DNA of 62,597 nt, the filler included, from Octopus bimaculoides (taxonomy: Eukaryota): the NCBI RefSeq assembly GCF_001194135.2. It is 5 parts of 4 records of this genome, joined end to end, with 100 filler letters (N's around TTAATTAATTAA, not from the genome) between each part and the next. Parts side by side here need not be neighbours in the genome. Positions count along the whole stretch, not along the records: positions 25,192 to 35,934 come from NC_068986.1; positions 36,035 to 46,553 come from NC_068983.1; 3 more parts are not named here. The stretch is one strand, 5' to 3'. Below the pieces are notes generated by a model, which saw nothing but the letters and a program-made list of their open reading frames with translations, was not told the DNA's origin and made no database searches. Made by a program: the position numbers and the translations under genes. This document shows, in pieces, positions 27,345 to 39,242 of the stretch. The first letter of the stretch is position 1. Each line of letters opens with the position of its first letter.

Positions 27345-27553
27345 AATGCTACAATGTCAGTTTCTTCTCTTTAAAAATGCCTGGAGGAACTAAGAGTAGT
27401 TCGAGGAGTATCTATTGCGCTATGACAATAGAAATCAGGTTTCGTTATGTCAGTAGAAAATCGCTAAGGAAGCGAAATAGTTGCCGGAGACGGGGTTGTG
27501 TGTATCAAGTGTGAAGTAAGGTCACGCACCAAAGTCGCTGAGAAGACGCTTAC

Positions 27554-27600
27554 CGCCGGAAGTGGATAGTGCGCAGGCGCAATTATCTGACACGCACCTT
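27554..27600 (-). promoter_or_regulatory. promoter / non-coding first exon with ETS (CCGGAAGT 27556-27563) and NRF1-like (TGCGCAGGCGCA 27570-27581) sites
   Basis: CpG-rich patch, GTAAGC donor at 27553, motif pair typical of nuclear-encoded mitochondrial genes. Confidence 0.6.
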
Positions 27601-28195
27601 TAGCCTCCCACTTAGTTCTTGATTGCCCCAGCAGAGAGAAGCGCTTTCTACTTTTGGTGATTTAATTAAGAATCGAGCTGCAGTAGATTTGTAACATTTA
27701 AGCAAATTTTATTTTGTAATACAGGACAACTCTTACAAATAAACATTGGTATCCTAAGAAACTAGTGATAATATACGTCAATAGCAGACTATTAATAGTT
27801 TTTTAAGTATAAATCGGTTTACCTCGAAGAAGAGGAAAACATACAATATTACGAACGGGGTCCATCGTTGGAGAAATACTATTCTAAAACATTAGATTTT
27901 CCCTTTCTCTCGCCGCAAACCAATTTATTCTGCTTTTAAACTGCTTCTACTCACAAAAATTAGCTTTTCGATGTCTATCGTAGTGTAACAGTAATTTTCT
28001 GATACCGAATCTGCACCCATCTTTTGAATTCGTAGAGTTATTTCGCTTCACATATATCATCTTTAAACATGAGTCAAAAGATCTTTCGAATGTTGTACAT
28101 TTAATAAAGCAGACAATAGAAATCAAAAACTGTACTGGTTGAAATTTAAGTAAGGGAAGGCATTAATTCTCATCGTGTGGATGTATGACAAAGAG

Positions 28196-28565
28196 TGGAG
28201 GCGCAATGGCCAAGTGGTTAGGGCAGCGAACTCGCGATCATAGGATCGCGGTTTCGATTCCCAGACCGGGCGTTGTGAGTGTTTATTGAGCGAAAACACC
28301 TAAAGCTCTACGAGGCTCTGGCAGGGGATGGTGGCGAACCCTGCTGTACTCTTTCTCTCACTCTTACTTCCTGTTTCTGTTGTGCCTGTAATTCAAAGGG
28401 TCAGCCTTGTCACACTGTGTCACGCTGAATATCCCACAGAACTACGTTAAGGGTACACGTGTCTGTTGAGTGCTCAGCCGCTTGCACGTTAATTTCACGA
28501 GCAGGCTGTTCAGTTGATCGGATCAACTGGAACCCTCGAAGTCGTATGCGACGGAGTGCCAACAC
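28196..28565 (+). mobile_element. near full-length tRNA-derived SINE
   Basis: A box TGGCCAAGTGG and B box GTTTCGATTCC in a tRNA-like head. Partial copies at about 14570-14790 (-) and 55400-55446 (+). Confidence 0.85.
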
Positions 28566-28739
28566 ATGACAATGTGCTTGTCTTGTATGCCAAAGTCTTC
28601 TATACCAAAGCCGATTTCGTGGATATTTTCTTTCATACCTTTTTCAGGAAAACGCTCAGTTTGATAATTTTAAAAAATGACTAAATTTCGAAAATGAATC
28701 AGTCGCACTTTACAATTAGCGCCTTCCCTATCAATTCTT

Positions 28740-29075
28740 TTACCTGTTTCAGTCATTTGACTACGGCCATGCTGGAGCACCGCCTTTAGTCGAGCAAATC
28801 GACCCCAGGTCTTCTATTTGTAAGCCTAGTACTTATTGTATCGTTTTCCTTTGCCGAAGCGCTAAGTGACGGGAATGTAAACACACCAGCATCGGTTGTC
28901 AAGCGATTGTGAGGGAGGGGGGGCAAACACACACACGCGACGGGCTTCTTTCAGTTTCCATCTACCAAATCCACCCGAGGCTATAGTAGAAGACACTTAC
29001 CCAAGGTGCCATGCAATAGGACTGAACCCGGAACCATGTGGTTGGTTAGCAAGCTACTTACCACACAGCCACCCC
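28740..29075 (-). mobile_element. tRNA-headed SINE (GGCTGTGTGGTAAG family)
   Basis: Head GGTTCCGGGTTCAGTCC, core CCTTGGGTAAGTGTCTTCTACTATAG, tail CATGGCCG(C/T)AGTCAAATGACTGAAAC. Further copies at about 2310-2480, 11620-11815, 24740-24900, 33890-34010, 47125-47370, 47620-47860, 50290-50670 and 58100-58390. Confidence 0.85.
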
Positions 29076-30589
29076 TGCTACCTTGCACTTTCAGTTGGTG
29101 CAGTTTATTTCACTTCGTCTGCCATATTATATGTACAAAGTTAGAAAGATTGTCAAAAAGCTTTGTCTTGACTTGTCTTGGTCCATTAATTTCTGACAGA
29201 GGCACAGTAGCGCCTTCGTGACATATTGTACATCAGTTTTCTCCATCTGTAGCCATTATGTACAAAAACTCATGCCTTTGCTAAAGAATTACCATTCTTG
29301 AATGTACCTTCACCTTCTACTACCTTTTTATAAGGCACAAGGAGAAGATTCAGTCATGTGGTAACTTGATGCTGATTGGTTTTTTAATAGACCAATCACA
29401 CAAAACTACTGTGGTTTGATCGTGATGTCTGGTTAGTTACCTTGCAGTTCAGTTTCGAACCACTGCTACAAGTCCATCATGAACAAGTCATTATAGTAGC
29501 TATTGAGAGAAGAAAATCTAAGTCTTCATGCTTGATGAGGTGGTCTTTTAACATGAGATTGAAGTAGCATGACTACCAATCGACCAAAGAAAACTCTACC
29601 CCCACCCTCATCTATGTCTCCTCTGTTTTGTATTTCTTGCGTATCTCAATTTATAAATACAATTTGGTGCAAAACTGCAATTTTCTGTTAGTCTTTCCAC
29701 CACACAAACATGCCAGAACAACAATCGGCCAAAATCCTCTGATATATTGCAGCCATTGTTCGTTACTTGTTTGTTAATATTTTAGCTAACAAGAGAAAAG
29801 CAAAAGAAAGTTCTTAGTGTCTATATAGGGTAACTATTTCCAGGGAATTCTAGCTTGTGAAGGTCTCTTAGAGTGACTCATCATTTTAGTTTTAATTACA
29901 AACAAAATTCACAAGTAATTTTTTAATATATTCTTCGAGATATAGGTATTGGTTTCTAGCAGTTACTTTATAACAGTAATCCTTCGTTACAAAGTGTAAG
30001 AGACTTCTCTTCATAAATGTATTGCTTATTTAATTTTTCTATTCTAAATAATGCTTTCAAATGTTGGTACAAGGCCAGCAATTTTGGGGAGAGGGCATTA
30101 GTTGATACCATTCAACTCCAGTACTTTATTTTATTTACCTTGAAGGGATGAAAGGCAAAGTTGACATCAGTGGGAACACAAGGAAAATATTTAAAATCAA
30201 AAGGATTACATAATAAAATATTGTGCTCTTTTTTCATTTCTAAATAGGTGTGGAAAAAAAAAATTCAAAAACATTTCCTGTGTTCATGACTGTAACGAAG
30301 TAAAATTTATTAACACCACTTCCTTCTAAGGTATAACACCGGTGTCTTTGTTCATTGTAGTTTGCCCGGATTTAAGGAGAAAATAGTGACAATAATGGTC
30401 TCACAAGAATTTAATACATAACCTTCCATTAACAATGAAAAACAAATTCGAGAAAATTTTCTAATATGAAATTTACTCAATGTATACTTAAAAAAAAAAC
30501 GTCAGCATTTTCTATGTAAAAGAATTTTTAACATAATATTATATGCTACTACTACTTTGAGGTCACCATTAAAAACAAATTATTTCTGC

Positions 30590-30730
30590 TCTCAATCTTA
30601 ATATATAACACTAAGGATGTCTGTGTATTTGTCTGTGTGAATTCCTAAAACCTGAGAACTGTCCAACTGATTTCATTCAAATTTTACACATGCCTTACTT
30701 AGGGTCCATGCAGTGTCATGGGCCAAAAGA
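30590..30730 (+). mobile_element. possible Helitron/DINE-like non-autonomous 5' end
   Basis: TCTTAATATATAA start, GTCTGTGT tract, CTGATTTCATTCAAATTTT motif. Resemblance only. Confidence 0.3.
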
Positions 30731-31180
30731 ATTAATTCTGTCCCGTTACCTATTGGCATAATGATCATTGGCCAACTCCAGAGGTGACACTTTCATTTCC
30801 CCTTAGCCCTCATGTCACACAGTTGTTAATGATTATTTGAGTTGGGTGACGCCCTTCCAATTGCTGTAGATCCGTAATGCATCTTACAGTTCTGCCGGTT
30901 ACCTGTATGGTGAGGAATCCTACATTGAGGAGTGGTAATGACTAGAGTAGGGTAGCTGACTGCTTATTGTGATCCTTTGTCTTTTTCCTTAGCTTTGTTC
31001 TCTTTTATAAACCTAGAGAACATTCACATATTTCTGATCTCAAAAAGAAATTTGAACATCATCATCATCATCGTTTAACGTCCGCTTTCCATGCTAGCAT
31101 GGGTTGGACAATTTGACTGAGGACTGGTGAACCAGATGGCTGTACTAGGCTCCAATCTGATCTGGCAGAGTTTCTACAGA

Positions 31181-31491
31181 ATGGAAATTTTGTTTACATT
31201 ATAAAACACATAATGTTAGGTTTATACCACCCCTTGAGACCCAACTATACTCTAGCTGACAAAATAGAGTGTCTCATAAGTAATATAAGCGTCCTAAATT
31301 CAGTGGCCGCATTAATGAAGATGTTACATGTTAATTTAATGTGTTAAACTTAACTTTATTAACGTATATCGAATTATACATAGATATATATAAGATTTAC
31401 ACAAATATAAGAGTTAGAACTTGTGGCCCACCTGCGGAACTTTTTCTTATGAAATTTTTGCCCACCGCTCTGAAAAGTTTCCCCACCCCTG
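31181..31491 (-). mobile_element. hAT-type MITE, partial copy
   Basis: Reverse complement of 55942-56250; terminus CAGGGGTGGGGAAAC. Confidence 0.8.
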
Positions 31492-32226
31492 ATTTAAAGG
31501 ATCTACATGGTTTAAATATCCCAACTGCAGTTTCAGTGACTTAATCTTTGATTTGAATGTCCTCCTCAGTGAACAGACAAGAAATGGCTGTTAATGATAT
31601 TTTAATGCAATCATTGTATTTACAAGAGATTATCTGATAGTTGATGTCAGCTGTCACTTATCAAGCATCAAGAGGGTCTTGTTTTTGAAATTCCTGAGAA
31701 AGAATTTGACCATTTGCTGACATATTGAAATTATAGTTAATTAAAAACACATTTAATGTGACATCAAAACACTAATGAAAAGTAATTATTAAATGCAGTA
31801 GTTAGCACAATGACTAATTTTATCTTAATTACCATTTAAAAGTGGATTGCAATAGTTACCAAGAGAGAAACTGCCCATATATTCTTGCACCCTCTATCCA
31901 CCCATGCTCCCTGTTCTTCAGTCTTCACTTCTGTTTCCCTTCTACCTTGAAATTCCACACTGACACCTCTGTTTTATCTATTTTTCCAGCTCCACCCCCA
32001 ATTACTCCCACATGCTCTTCTGTTATGTGAATTGCCATGAAGCTTCTCTGCCACAAGAAACCTGTTCTCTTTTGGCTCTTTCTCTCATACAGTAAAGCGG
32101 TTGGTGTTAGAAAGAGCATCCAACCATGCCAAAACAGATGACTGGAGCACAATGTAGTCCTTGGAAGCATCAGATTTTGTCAAACTGTGCAATCTATGCC
32201 AGTATGAAAAATGGTTGTTAACATGA

Positions 32227-32277
<51 letters not shown>

Positions 32278-32754
32278 GGTGATAATGATGATGATGACGA
32301 AGTGCCAATATTGTTTTTATGATGTTCCCCTTCCTTCTTTGATAGAACTTCCTCAGGTAACTTTCCTAACGACTCCATGTCCTTGTTCACCTTGTCACAT
32401 ATTTTGTTGGTTTGTCTTCTTGCTTCTGTTTCTCAAAGCTTTTAGATCTCTTCCTGGTTTGTTTTCAATTTTTCTTGAGCTTCCTTATTTGGTGGATATT
32501 TATACTTTTTTTATACATACACACACACAAACATATATATATATATACATTACATATGCAGGCATACATCCATATATACCTACATGCAGGCATGCATACA
32601 TACATACATTCATATATATATATATATATATATATAAATACATGTACATACATATATACTGACACATACACATACATACATACATGCACGCATATATATA
32701 CACGCATACATACACATATATATACATATGAGAAGCATTGATATCCAGAAGACC

Positions 32755-33120
32755 CAAGGGTGGCAGGTAACGCTATGTAAGTGTTATGGAAGGACCATAG
32801 TTAAACTCTCGGTTCGATAACGATACAAATGAGGAGTCTAATGTGGGTCTTGTATGAACATGTATATGTTAAATAAAATAAGACAACAAAGCCAAGGCTG
32901 TGTGGAATTTTCAGGACATTATAAAGAGAAAGTTAGTCTTACAGCTGTTTCTGGGATATTAAGGGTATCCCTTCATCAGAGGCGATGTGAGATGGTTAAA
33001 TAGGGGGAGATATTAGAGTTCAATATGAGGATTAATTTTGGAAAAAGATGAAAGTAAGGGGTATAGAGAGAAATAGGAGAATGAAAGTAGAAATAAAAAT
33101 ATATGTAGGATGTTATAGTT
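32755..33120 (-). mobile_element. Penelope-like terminal fragment with hammerhead motif (32936-32983)
   Basis: CTGATGA-A-GGGATA..TATCCC-A-GAA-ACAGCTGT-A-AGAC; homologous to 41985-42600. Confidence 0.7.
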
Positions 33121-34982
33121 GCAGTTCCACGTGGCTCCAGCCAGTGGCACGTAAAAGTCATTGCCAGTGCTGCCTGACTGGCTTCTATGACGGTGGGACG
33201 TAAAAAGCACCATTCAAGTATGGTTGATGCCAGTGCTGCCTGACTGGCCCTCATGCTGGTGGCATGTAAAAAGCACCCACTACACTCTCAGAGTGGTTGA
33301 CGTTAGGAAGGGCATCTAGTTGTAGAAACCTTGCCAGATTGGATTGGAGCCTGGTAGAGAGAGAGAGGGAGAGAGAGACTGACAAAGTGAGAGAGAGAAA
33401 GAGAGAGATGACAAAGGTATGACAGGGTGGGGTAGGAACCATACTCCCAAGTTACAGGGTGGTGCATATAGGGAGGTGGACCAGGAATTGAAGAGGGTGA
33501 GTTCACAAGACTTTTGAAAGGGTAGTTGGAGCTGGTGAATGTAAAGAGTGGGTATAGGTAGAGGGGGGGGTATAAGAAGGGTATGTTGTGGGGTAAGGGA
33601 TTCAACAGGGACATTTTGTGTGTGAGGAAGAGAAGAATGTTCAGTATATCTCTGATCATCCATCTGTCTGTGTGTCTATGATTCAGATAACTGATGATGC
33701 ACTAATTAAGAATTGGTATTTGTCTTCAAGTCACTTAATTTTCCTTTTTATTTAGTTGTCCATCATTCAATTACACTGACATTGGATTATCTAAATCTAT
33801 GTCATTGGAACATTTTAGTCATGTGTGTTAGTTCAGTTTTTTCTTTTTGTTATAGGTGCGTGTGTGTGTGATAGATTCGTAAATATGTTTGTATGTGGCT
33901 GTGTAGTTAAGAAGCTTGCTTTGCAACCACTTCGTTTCAGGTTCAGTCTCTCTGCGAGGCACCTTGGGCAAGTGTCTTCCACTATTGCCTTGGACTGACT
34001 AATGCTGTTGTGTGTGTGCATGTACACACACACACACACACACACACTGCACAATAGTGGCGAGCTGACAGAAGTGTTAGCCCGCCGGGCGAAATGCTTA
34101 TTTATTCATTCGTAACATATCCCTGCAGGTGGCTGAACTTCAATATGGTTTTTGCTGTGGAAATTTCGTCTTCAGAGAACAGCTTTTTCCTAGCAGACTG
34201 TATATTTTCTACTGATCCCTTTCATCCCACCTCCAGACGCAGACAGATGTATATACACACACATGTACTCTGATGAGTGCGTATAATATACATACGCACG
34301 TTCATATATACGTACATACACGTGTGTGTGCATACCCACACACACACTCATACATTCTTTCATACAAACACATATAACATATCATGATATAAAACTTCTG
34401 AAGAGTATATTGAGAAAATAGGCGAATAAAATGAGAATATTCACACAAGTTTGATGTGATGTACTAAGATGTATGTGTTGCTCGGACAACACCCTTTCTA
34501 GCCAAGCCGACACCAAAAAAATCGGGACTAAGGTTTTTCGGGCAACACTCAAGGAAAAGAGAATCAACTCTAACTAGAGTTACCGAACCCACTAGGTGTT
34601 GCCCGACCTGCCCGCTAGAGTGCAACAGCCCGGCCAAAATCCCGGATCCCCCCCACCCGGTATGTTTGTGAGAGAGAGTGAGAGATAGATAGATAGATAG
34701 ATAAATAGATAGATCGATGGAGATAGATAGATAGATAGAAAGAGAGAGATTGTTGTTATTTAGTGCCAGGTCAGCTTTATCACGCAGACCATAGATTAAA
34801 TGTGCACATCTCAGCGTTTTATCCAACTACATTTTCTCAGTTGCTACATTTATCCAATGTTTCCTTATTTTTCAAGTCTGTAGAATGAGAATTCTGCGAT
34901 TTTGCTGTTATCTCTAGCAAGTCGACCAACCACCAATTCCCGCATTGCTTCTTTATAGATCTTATTTACGGATGCAGTAACT

Positions 34983-35006
34983 GTTGCTAGGTAACTAACA
35001 GGAAGT
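34983..35006 (+). promoter_or_regulatory. RFX X-box-like GTTGCTAGGTAAC plus ETS-like CAGGAAGT upstream of the NBR1-like gene
   Basis: Motif match only, 60-80 bp before the candidate first exon ATG. Confidence 0.4.
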
Positions 35007-35062
35007 TAGAAATCACGTTTAGTTTGTTGACAATCTTACTGCAACAATAGAGGCGGGAGATA

Positions 35063-35168
35063 ATGGAAAACAGTCTTGTGTTTTTGGACCATTCGGAATT
35101 CTACAACTTATTGCAGAAGTGTAAACGCTACCCTGCCCTTGCCGATCCTAATTATCTTTTATTACTGG
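35063..35168 (+). CDS. candidate first exon of NBR1-like gene: MENSLVFLDHSEFYNLLQKCKRYPALADPNYLLLL + 1 nt (could be a uORF in a 5' UTR exon)
   Basis: ATAATGG start context and strong GTAAGT donor, but phase 1 does not join the phase-0 exon at 38466. Confidence 0.4.
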
Positions 35169-35599
35169 GTAAGTATATTAATTTGTAGAAATGAAAAGTT
35201 GGAGTAAGAAGGAGAATTTGCTCGGAGCAGGTAACGTACTCTCAGTGCTACTGCTAATACCCCGTACATGTCTCATGATCGAGCTGTCGGCAACTAAACC
35301 GATAACCCAACCGTGCCTGCCTGGTAAGTAGGGTGGCTTTCGTTAGACATCCGACAGGACCAAAAACAAAACCCAATAAAGGACGGATGAGCTCAGTAGC
35401 GCCAAGAACCATGCAACAGTTGGGAATGAGAGACCCCTAGTCTTTGTTTAGACATCTGTCTAGGAGAAGGGAAATTCGGATGTAGCTACTGCAACTTAGT
35501 TTCCATTCAATGATGTAGATTACTTCTTTTTGGGCCAATGCATACGTTTAGAGAGTAGGATTAGCATTAGCTCACTTTAAAAAGCTTCAGGACAGGCAT

Positions 35600-35934
35600 C
35601 ACTTGATTCTTAACATCTCTATTTGCGTGTTACATGTGGTGTGTGCGTACGAGTAGATGTAATCGCCTTACCTCGGTTTTCCTTTCCTCGACTGCGAGTC
35701 TGTCTTGCGGTATCCGATCCTTGAAGCTTGCCCCGACCCAAAGTACACCAGGAATAGCAGCTGCCTCTCCCAAACCTAGACCGTCGCTTAACACGTCTTG
35801 TCCTGACCGCAGCCCCGTTCGAAAAGGGCACGAATCCCGATCGAGGCTCCCTCTGCCCTTTTTTCCCCTTCCGGTCAGCCTCCCCAGACCCTGACGTCAT
35901 ACCACACGCCACCCTGATCTTAAAGATCACGTTC
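35600..35934 (-). mobile_element. GC/CpG-rich fragment, possibly LINE ORF1 or 5' region, truncated by a gap
   Basis: Composition and purine-rich basic frame resemble 53860-54420. No diagnostic motif. Confidence 0.3.
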
Positions 35935-36037
35935 NNNNNNNNNNNNNNNNNNNNNNNNNNNNNNNNNNNNNNNNNNNNTTAATTAATTAANNNNNNNNNN
36001 NNNNNNNNNNNNNNNNNNNNNNNNNNNNNNNNNNTAA

Positions 36038-36328
36038 CCCATTACCTCCCATAATTCTATTAACTGGAATTTTTTTTATGAAACTTTGATTTCTAGCATA
36101 AAACAGCCGTAGAAACATGCTGGAATGATCAAAATAACATTTCAAAATAACATTTTAAATAGAAATAAGCGAGATATTGGGTGAAAAATTAGCAAACCTC
36201 ATTTGAATATCAGAGAAATATACCTAGTAGATATAACAAAAAGGTTAGATATGTGTAAATATTGACAGATAATTACGAAATTTGTAATTTTTAAGTGATC
36301 TCATATGAGATCACTGGTAGGTAATGGG
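36038..36328. mobile_element. piggyBac-type MITE
   Basis: TIRs CCCATTACCT...AGGTAATGGG flanked by (T)TAA and TTAA. Confidence 0.75.
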
Positions 36329-38465
36329 TTAAAAAAAGCAACTAGCATTTTTATTGGTAAAAATTTTTTATGATGTATTGCTTTTATTTGTAATGAAGGA
36401 AAACAAACTGCAAGCAAAGAGTGACATACGTGGAGTGGGAATTTTTATAAGTATGCAATTTTTGGGGATTGTTTTGTTCAGAGAATAAACCACATTGTTT
36501 TGCTAAGAAAATGACTGCAGTTTTAGTTGTGTGGTTTAGCTGACATCACTGTCGGGTGATTCTAGGTTTGATCTCACTACACTGTGTCTTGTGTAAGTGT
36601 ATTGTGCCATTGCTTTGAGTTGAGCCAAGCTGTGTTTAATTGGCTAGACAGAACCGGTGGAGAAGGTCACTGGACTGCAATTGTTTCATTTGTACACTTA
36701 CTCCATCCCCCACTTTAACACCACTACCTGATCTTTGGGTACCTTTTGTAGTAGGTCACCAGTCTGAGGATGACTTGGAGCACTGCTTCTTGTTTCAGCA
36801 ACTCATGAATCATGATTTCTTTCTTCCTTTCCTATCATCAGTCTTGAATGCATCAAAGCCATGAGTACTGGTTCACTTCCTCTAAGTTTTAAAGCGTTTA
36901 TGTTTTAATTAAAACCTTTTATAATATTATGCAACAATCTTTTATGTTCCAAACACAAGCTTAATATATCATTTAATGAAGAACTTTATGAAATCCTTAT
37001 ATATTCTTTTTAAAACTTATTGAAACACACTGAGCATTTCATTAGAGATATGGTTATGGCACTCAATGAAAAAAAGATTAGAGCTAGGTCTGTCTGTTTG
37101 CTTACTCTATCTGCTTGTCTTCCTTAAAGATAGCAACTAAATTCTCCTTAAACGAAACTGTCTTAAAAATAGTCTCTGTCTTTGATTAGGACTGACCAGG
37201 GCTAAGTAGAAACAAGAGCAGCAGCAATTATCTCATGTCTTAAAATGCATATTCTTTGATCATTTGTGTAGCAGTATTGTTTATATAACATTTTTTAGTA
37301 TAATCCTTGTGTTATTTAGTTACATTTTTTTAATATTTTGGTTTTGGATTTGCATTTTCCAAATTCCTGTTCATAATAATATGTAATATCTTGTCATCGC
37401 TTCCTCATGTTTCTTGAATTATTATTATACCATATGCAGTAAAATAATTTAGATAATATATGAAAATGATGACTAAGAATTATTAATCATCTCAACAAAG
37501 TAAAACCATCAAAATTACACATAAATTTTCTTTGTGTTCAACACTATCACAAAATCAAGTGATTCTATTCTCTTTTCACTTACCCTACTCTGAGCCAGAA
37601 GTGTTCTGTATAAAATGCCATACAGTGCAATATAAGCAATATGGAGATAAGCTAATAACTTTTCGGTTAAGAGGTTGTGTATTTTATCTGCTTGAATATT
37701 GTAAGCCTCTCAAGTCAAGAGCTTCTGGAAGTTTCTTAAAAACATAGTTCATATATTGTTGCTCATGTAAATTGCTTTCTAAAGCTGGCTCTACTGTCAT
37801 CACTGCAATTTATTAGTAGTTGAATGGCTACTTGGATAAGGTATTAGATTGTTTGATAAGTCACGAGTTGCAGCTGGACAACAGGTATTTAATTACACTT
37901 TCTTTATTGTCTCAATTCACACAGCTGTCAATAATTGGTTACCGATTGCCTGGTAATGTTACTGGTGATTTGACTAGTGTCATATACAGAGGAAGATAAA
38001 CCTTCCATCTGCTTCTCACTGGTCCTTATGAAAGACCATTTAGAGGTTGAGACAGCTGTGGTTATCTTGGTTTAACTCTTAGATATACAAGATAAGCCCC
38101 TAGCTTTTAACATTACCAGAACTGAAACAAGCTGATGGGAAGCATCCTCAACATGGTCACTCAACCTGGTAGAAATAGCTACCAAACCTTCCTCAAAATA
38201 TTGTGCTTAGAAATCCCCCCCCCCAAAAAAATGAAGGTCATATTTGATAATGTTGTGTTGTACTTTGAAAAAAAATAAAGCTTCATGGTCACAGCTGTTG
38301 GTTACAAGTGTCAGTGACTTGGGCTAAACAAAAACCTGAATTGAAAATTTTAAGTAGGGAATGTTCATATGAAATGATACATAAATACGTCAGTATTTTT
38401 TTTAATTAGCAATTTAAAATTTATTGATTATATAATTTGATTAACCTTCTTCCTTTTGCATACAG

Positions 38466-38528
38466 ATAAAAACTGCCTACAATTTTGGAAAAGTCGAAAT
38501 CAAGTATATTGATGAAGATGGAGATATG
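38466..38528 (+). CDS. NBR1: PB1-domain exon IKTAYNFGKVEIKYIDEDGDM (63 nt, phase 0-0), NBR1-like
   Basis: TTTGCATACAG acceptor, GTAAGT donor, OPCA acidic motif KYIDEDGD. Aligns with VKVSFDLNTIQIKYLDEENEE of vertebrate NBR1 as I recall it. Confidence 0.75.
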
Positions 38529-39194
38529 GTAAGTNNNNNNNNNNNNNNNNNNNNNNNNNNNNNNNNNNNNNNNNNNNNNNNNNNNNNNNNNNNNNNNNNN
38601 NNNNNNNNNNNNNNNNNNNNNNNNNNNNNNNNNNNNNNNNNNNNNNNNNNNNNNNNNNNNNNNNNNNNNNNNNNNNNNNNNNNNNNNNNNNNNNNNNNNN
38701 NNNNNNNNNNNNNNNNNNNNNNNNNNNNNNNNNNNNNNNNNNNNNNNNNNNNNNNNNNNNNNNNNNNNNNNNNNNNNNNNNNNNNNNNNNNNNNNNNNNN
38801 NNNNNNNNNNNNNNNNNNNNNNNNNNNNNNNNNNNNNNNNNNATATATATATATATATATATATAGTTGTGGCTGGTGCCAGTGTTGTGTAACTGGCATG
38901 TAAAAAGCATCCTTTGAACTTTGGGCCTCCTGAAGGCCATGACAAATGACCAAGACCTTCGGCAATATACCATGCTTGAGAAGACCTGTCAAGCCAAGTG
39001 AGATTGTAGTCATGGCTGATGCTGGCATGCTACAACTGGCACAAAACACCCACTACTCTCTTGGAGTGGTTGGCATTAGGAAGGGCATCTAGCTGTAGAA
39101 ACCTTGCCAAATCAGATTGAAACCTGCTGCTGCTCCCCAGCTTACCAGTCAAACCATCCAACCCATGTCAGCATGGAAAACGGACGTTAAATGA

Positions 39195-39242
<48 letters not shown>

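Noticed and set aside
28196-28275. tRNA gene
   Set aside because: The tRNA-like head continues into a 300-bp SINE body and the acceptor stem and cloverleaf are imperfect.
34150-34185. CTGAAGA-C-GAAA with GCTGT/ACAGC flanks as a functional hammerhead
   Set aside because: Stem II is entirely absent; counted only as a possible relic.
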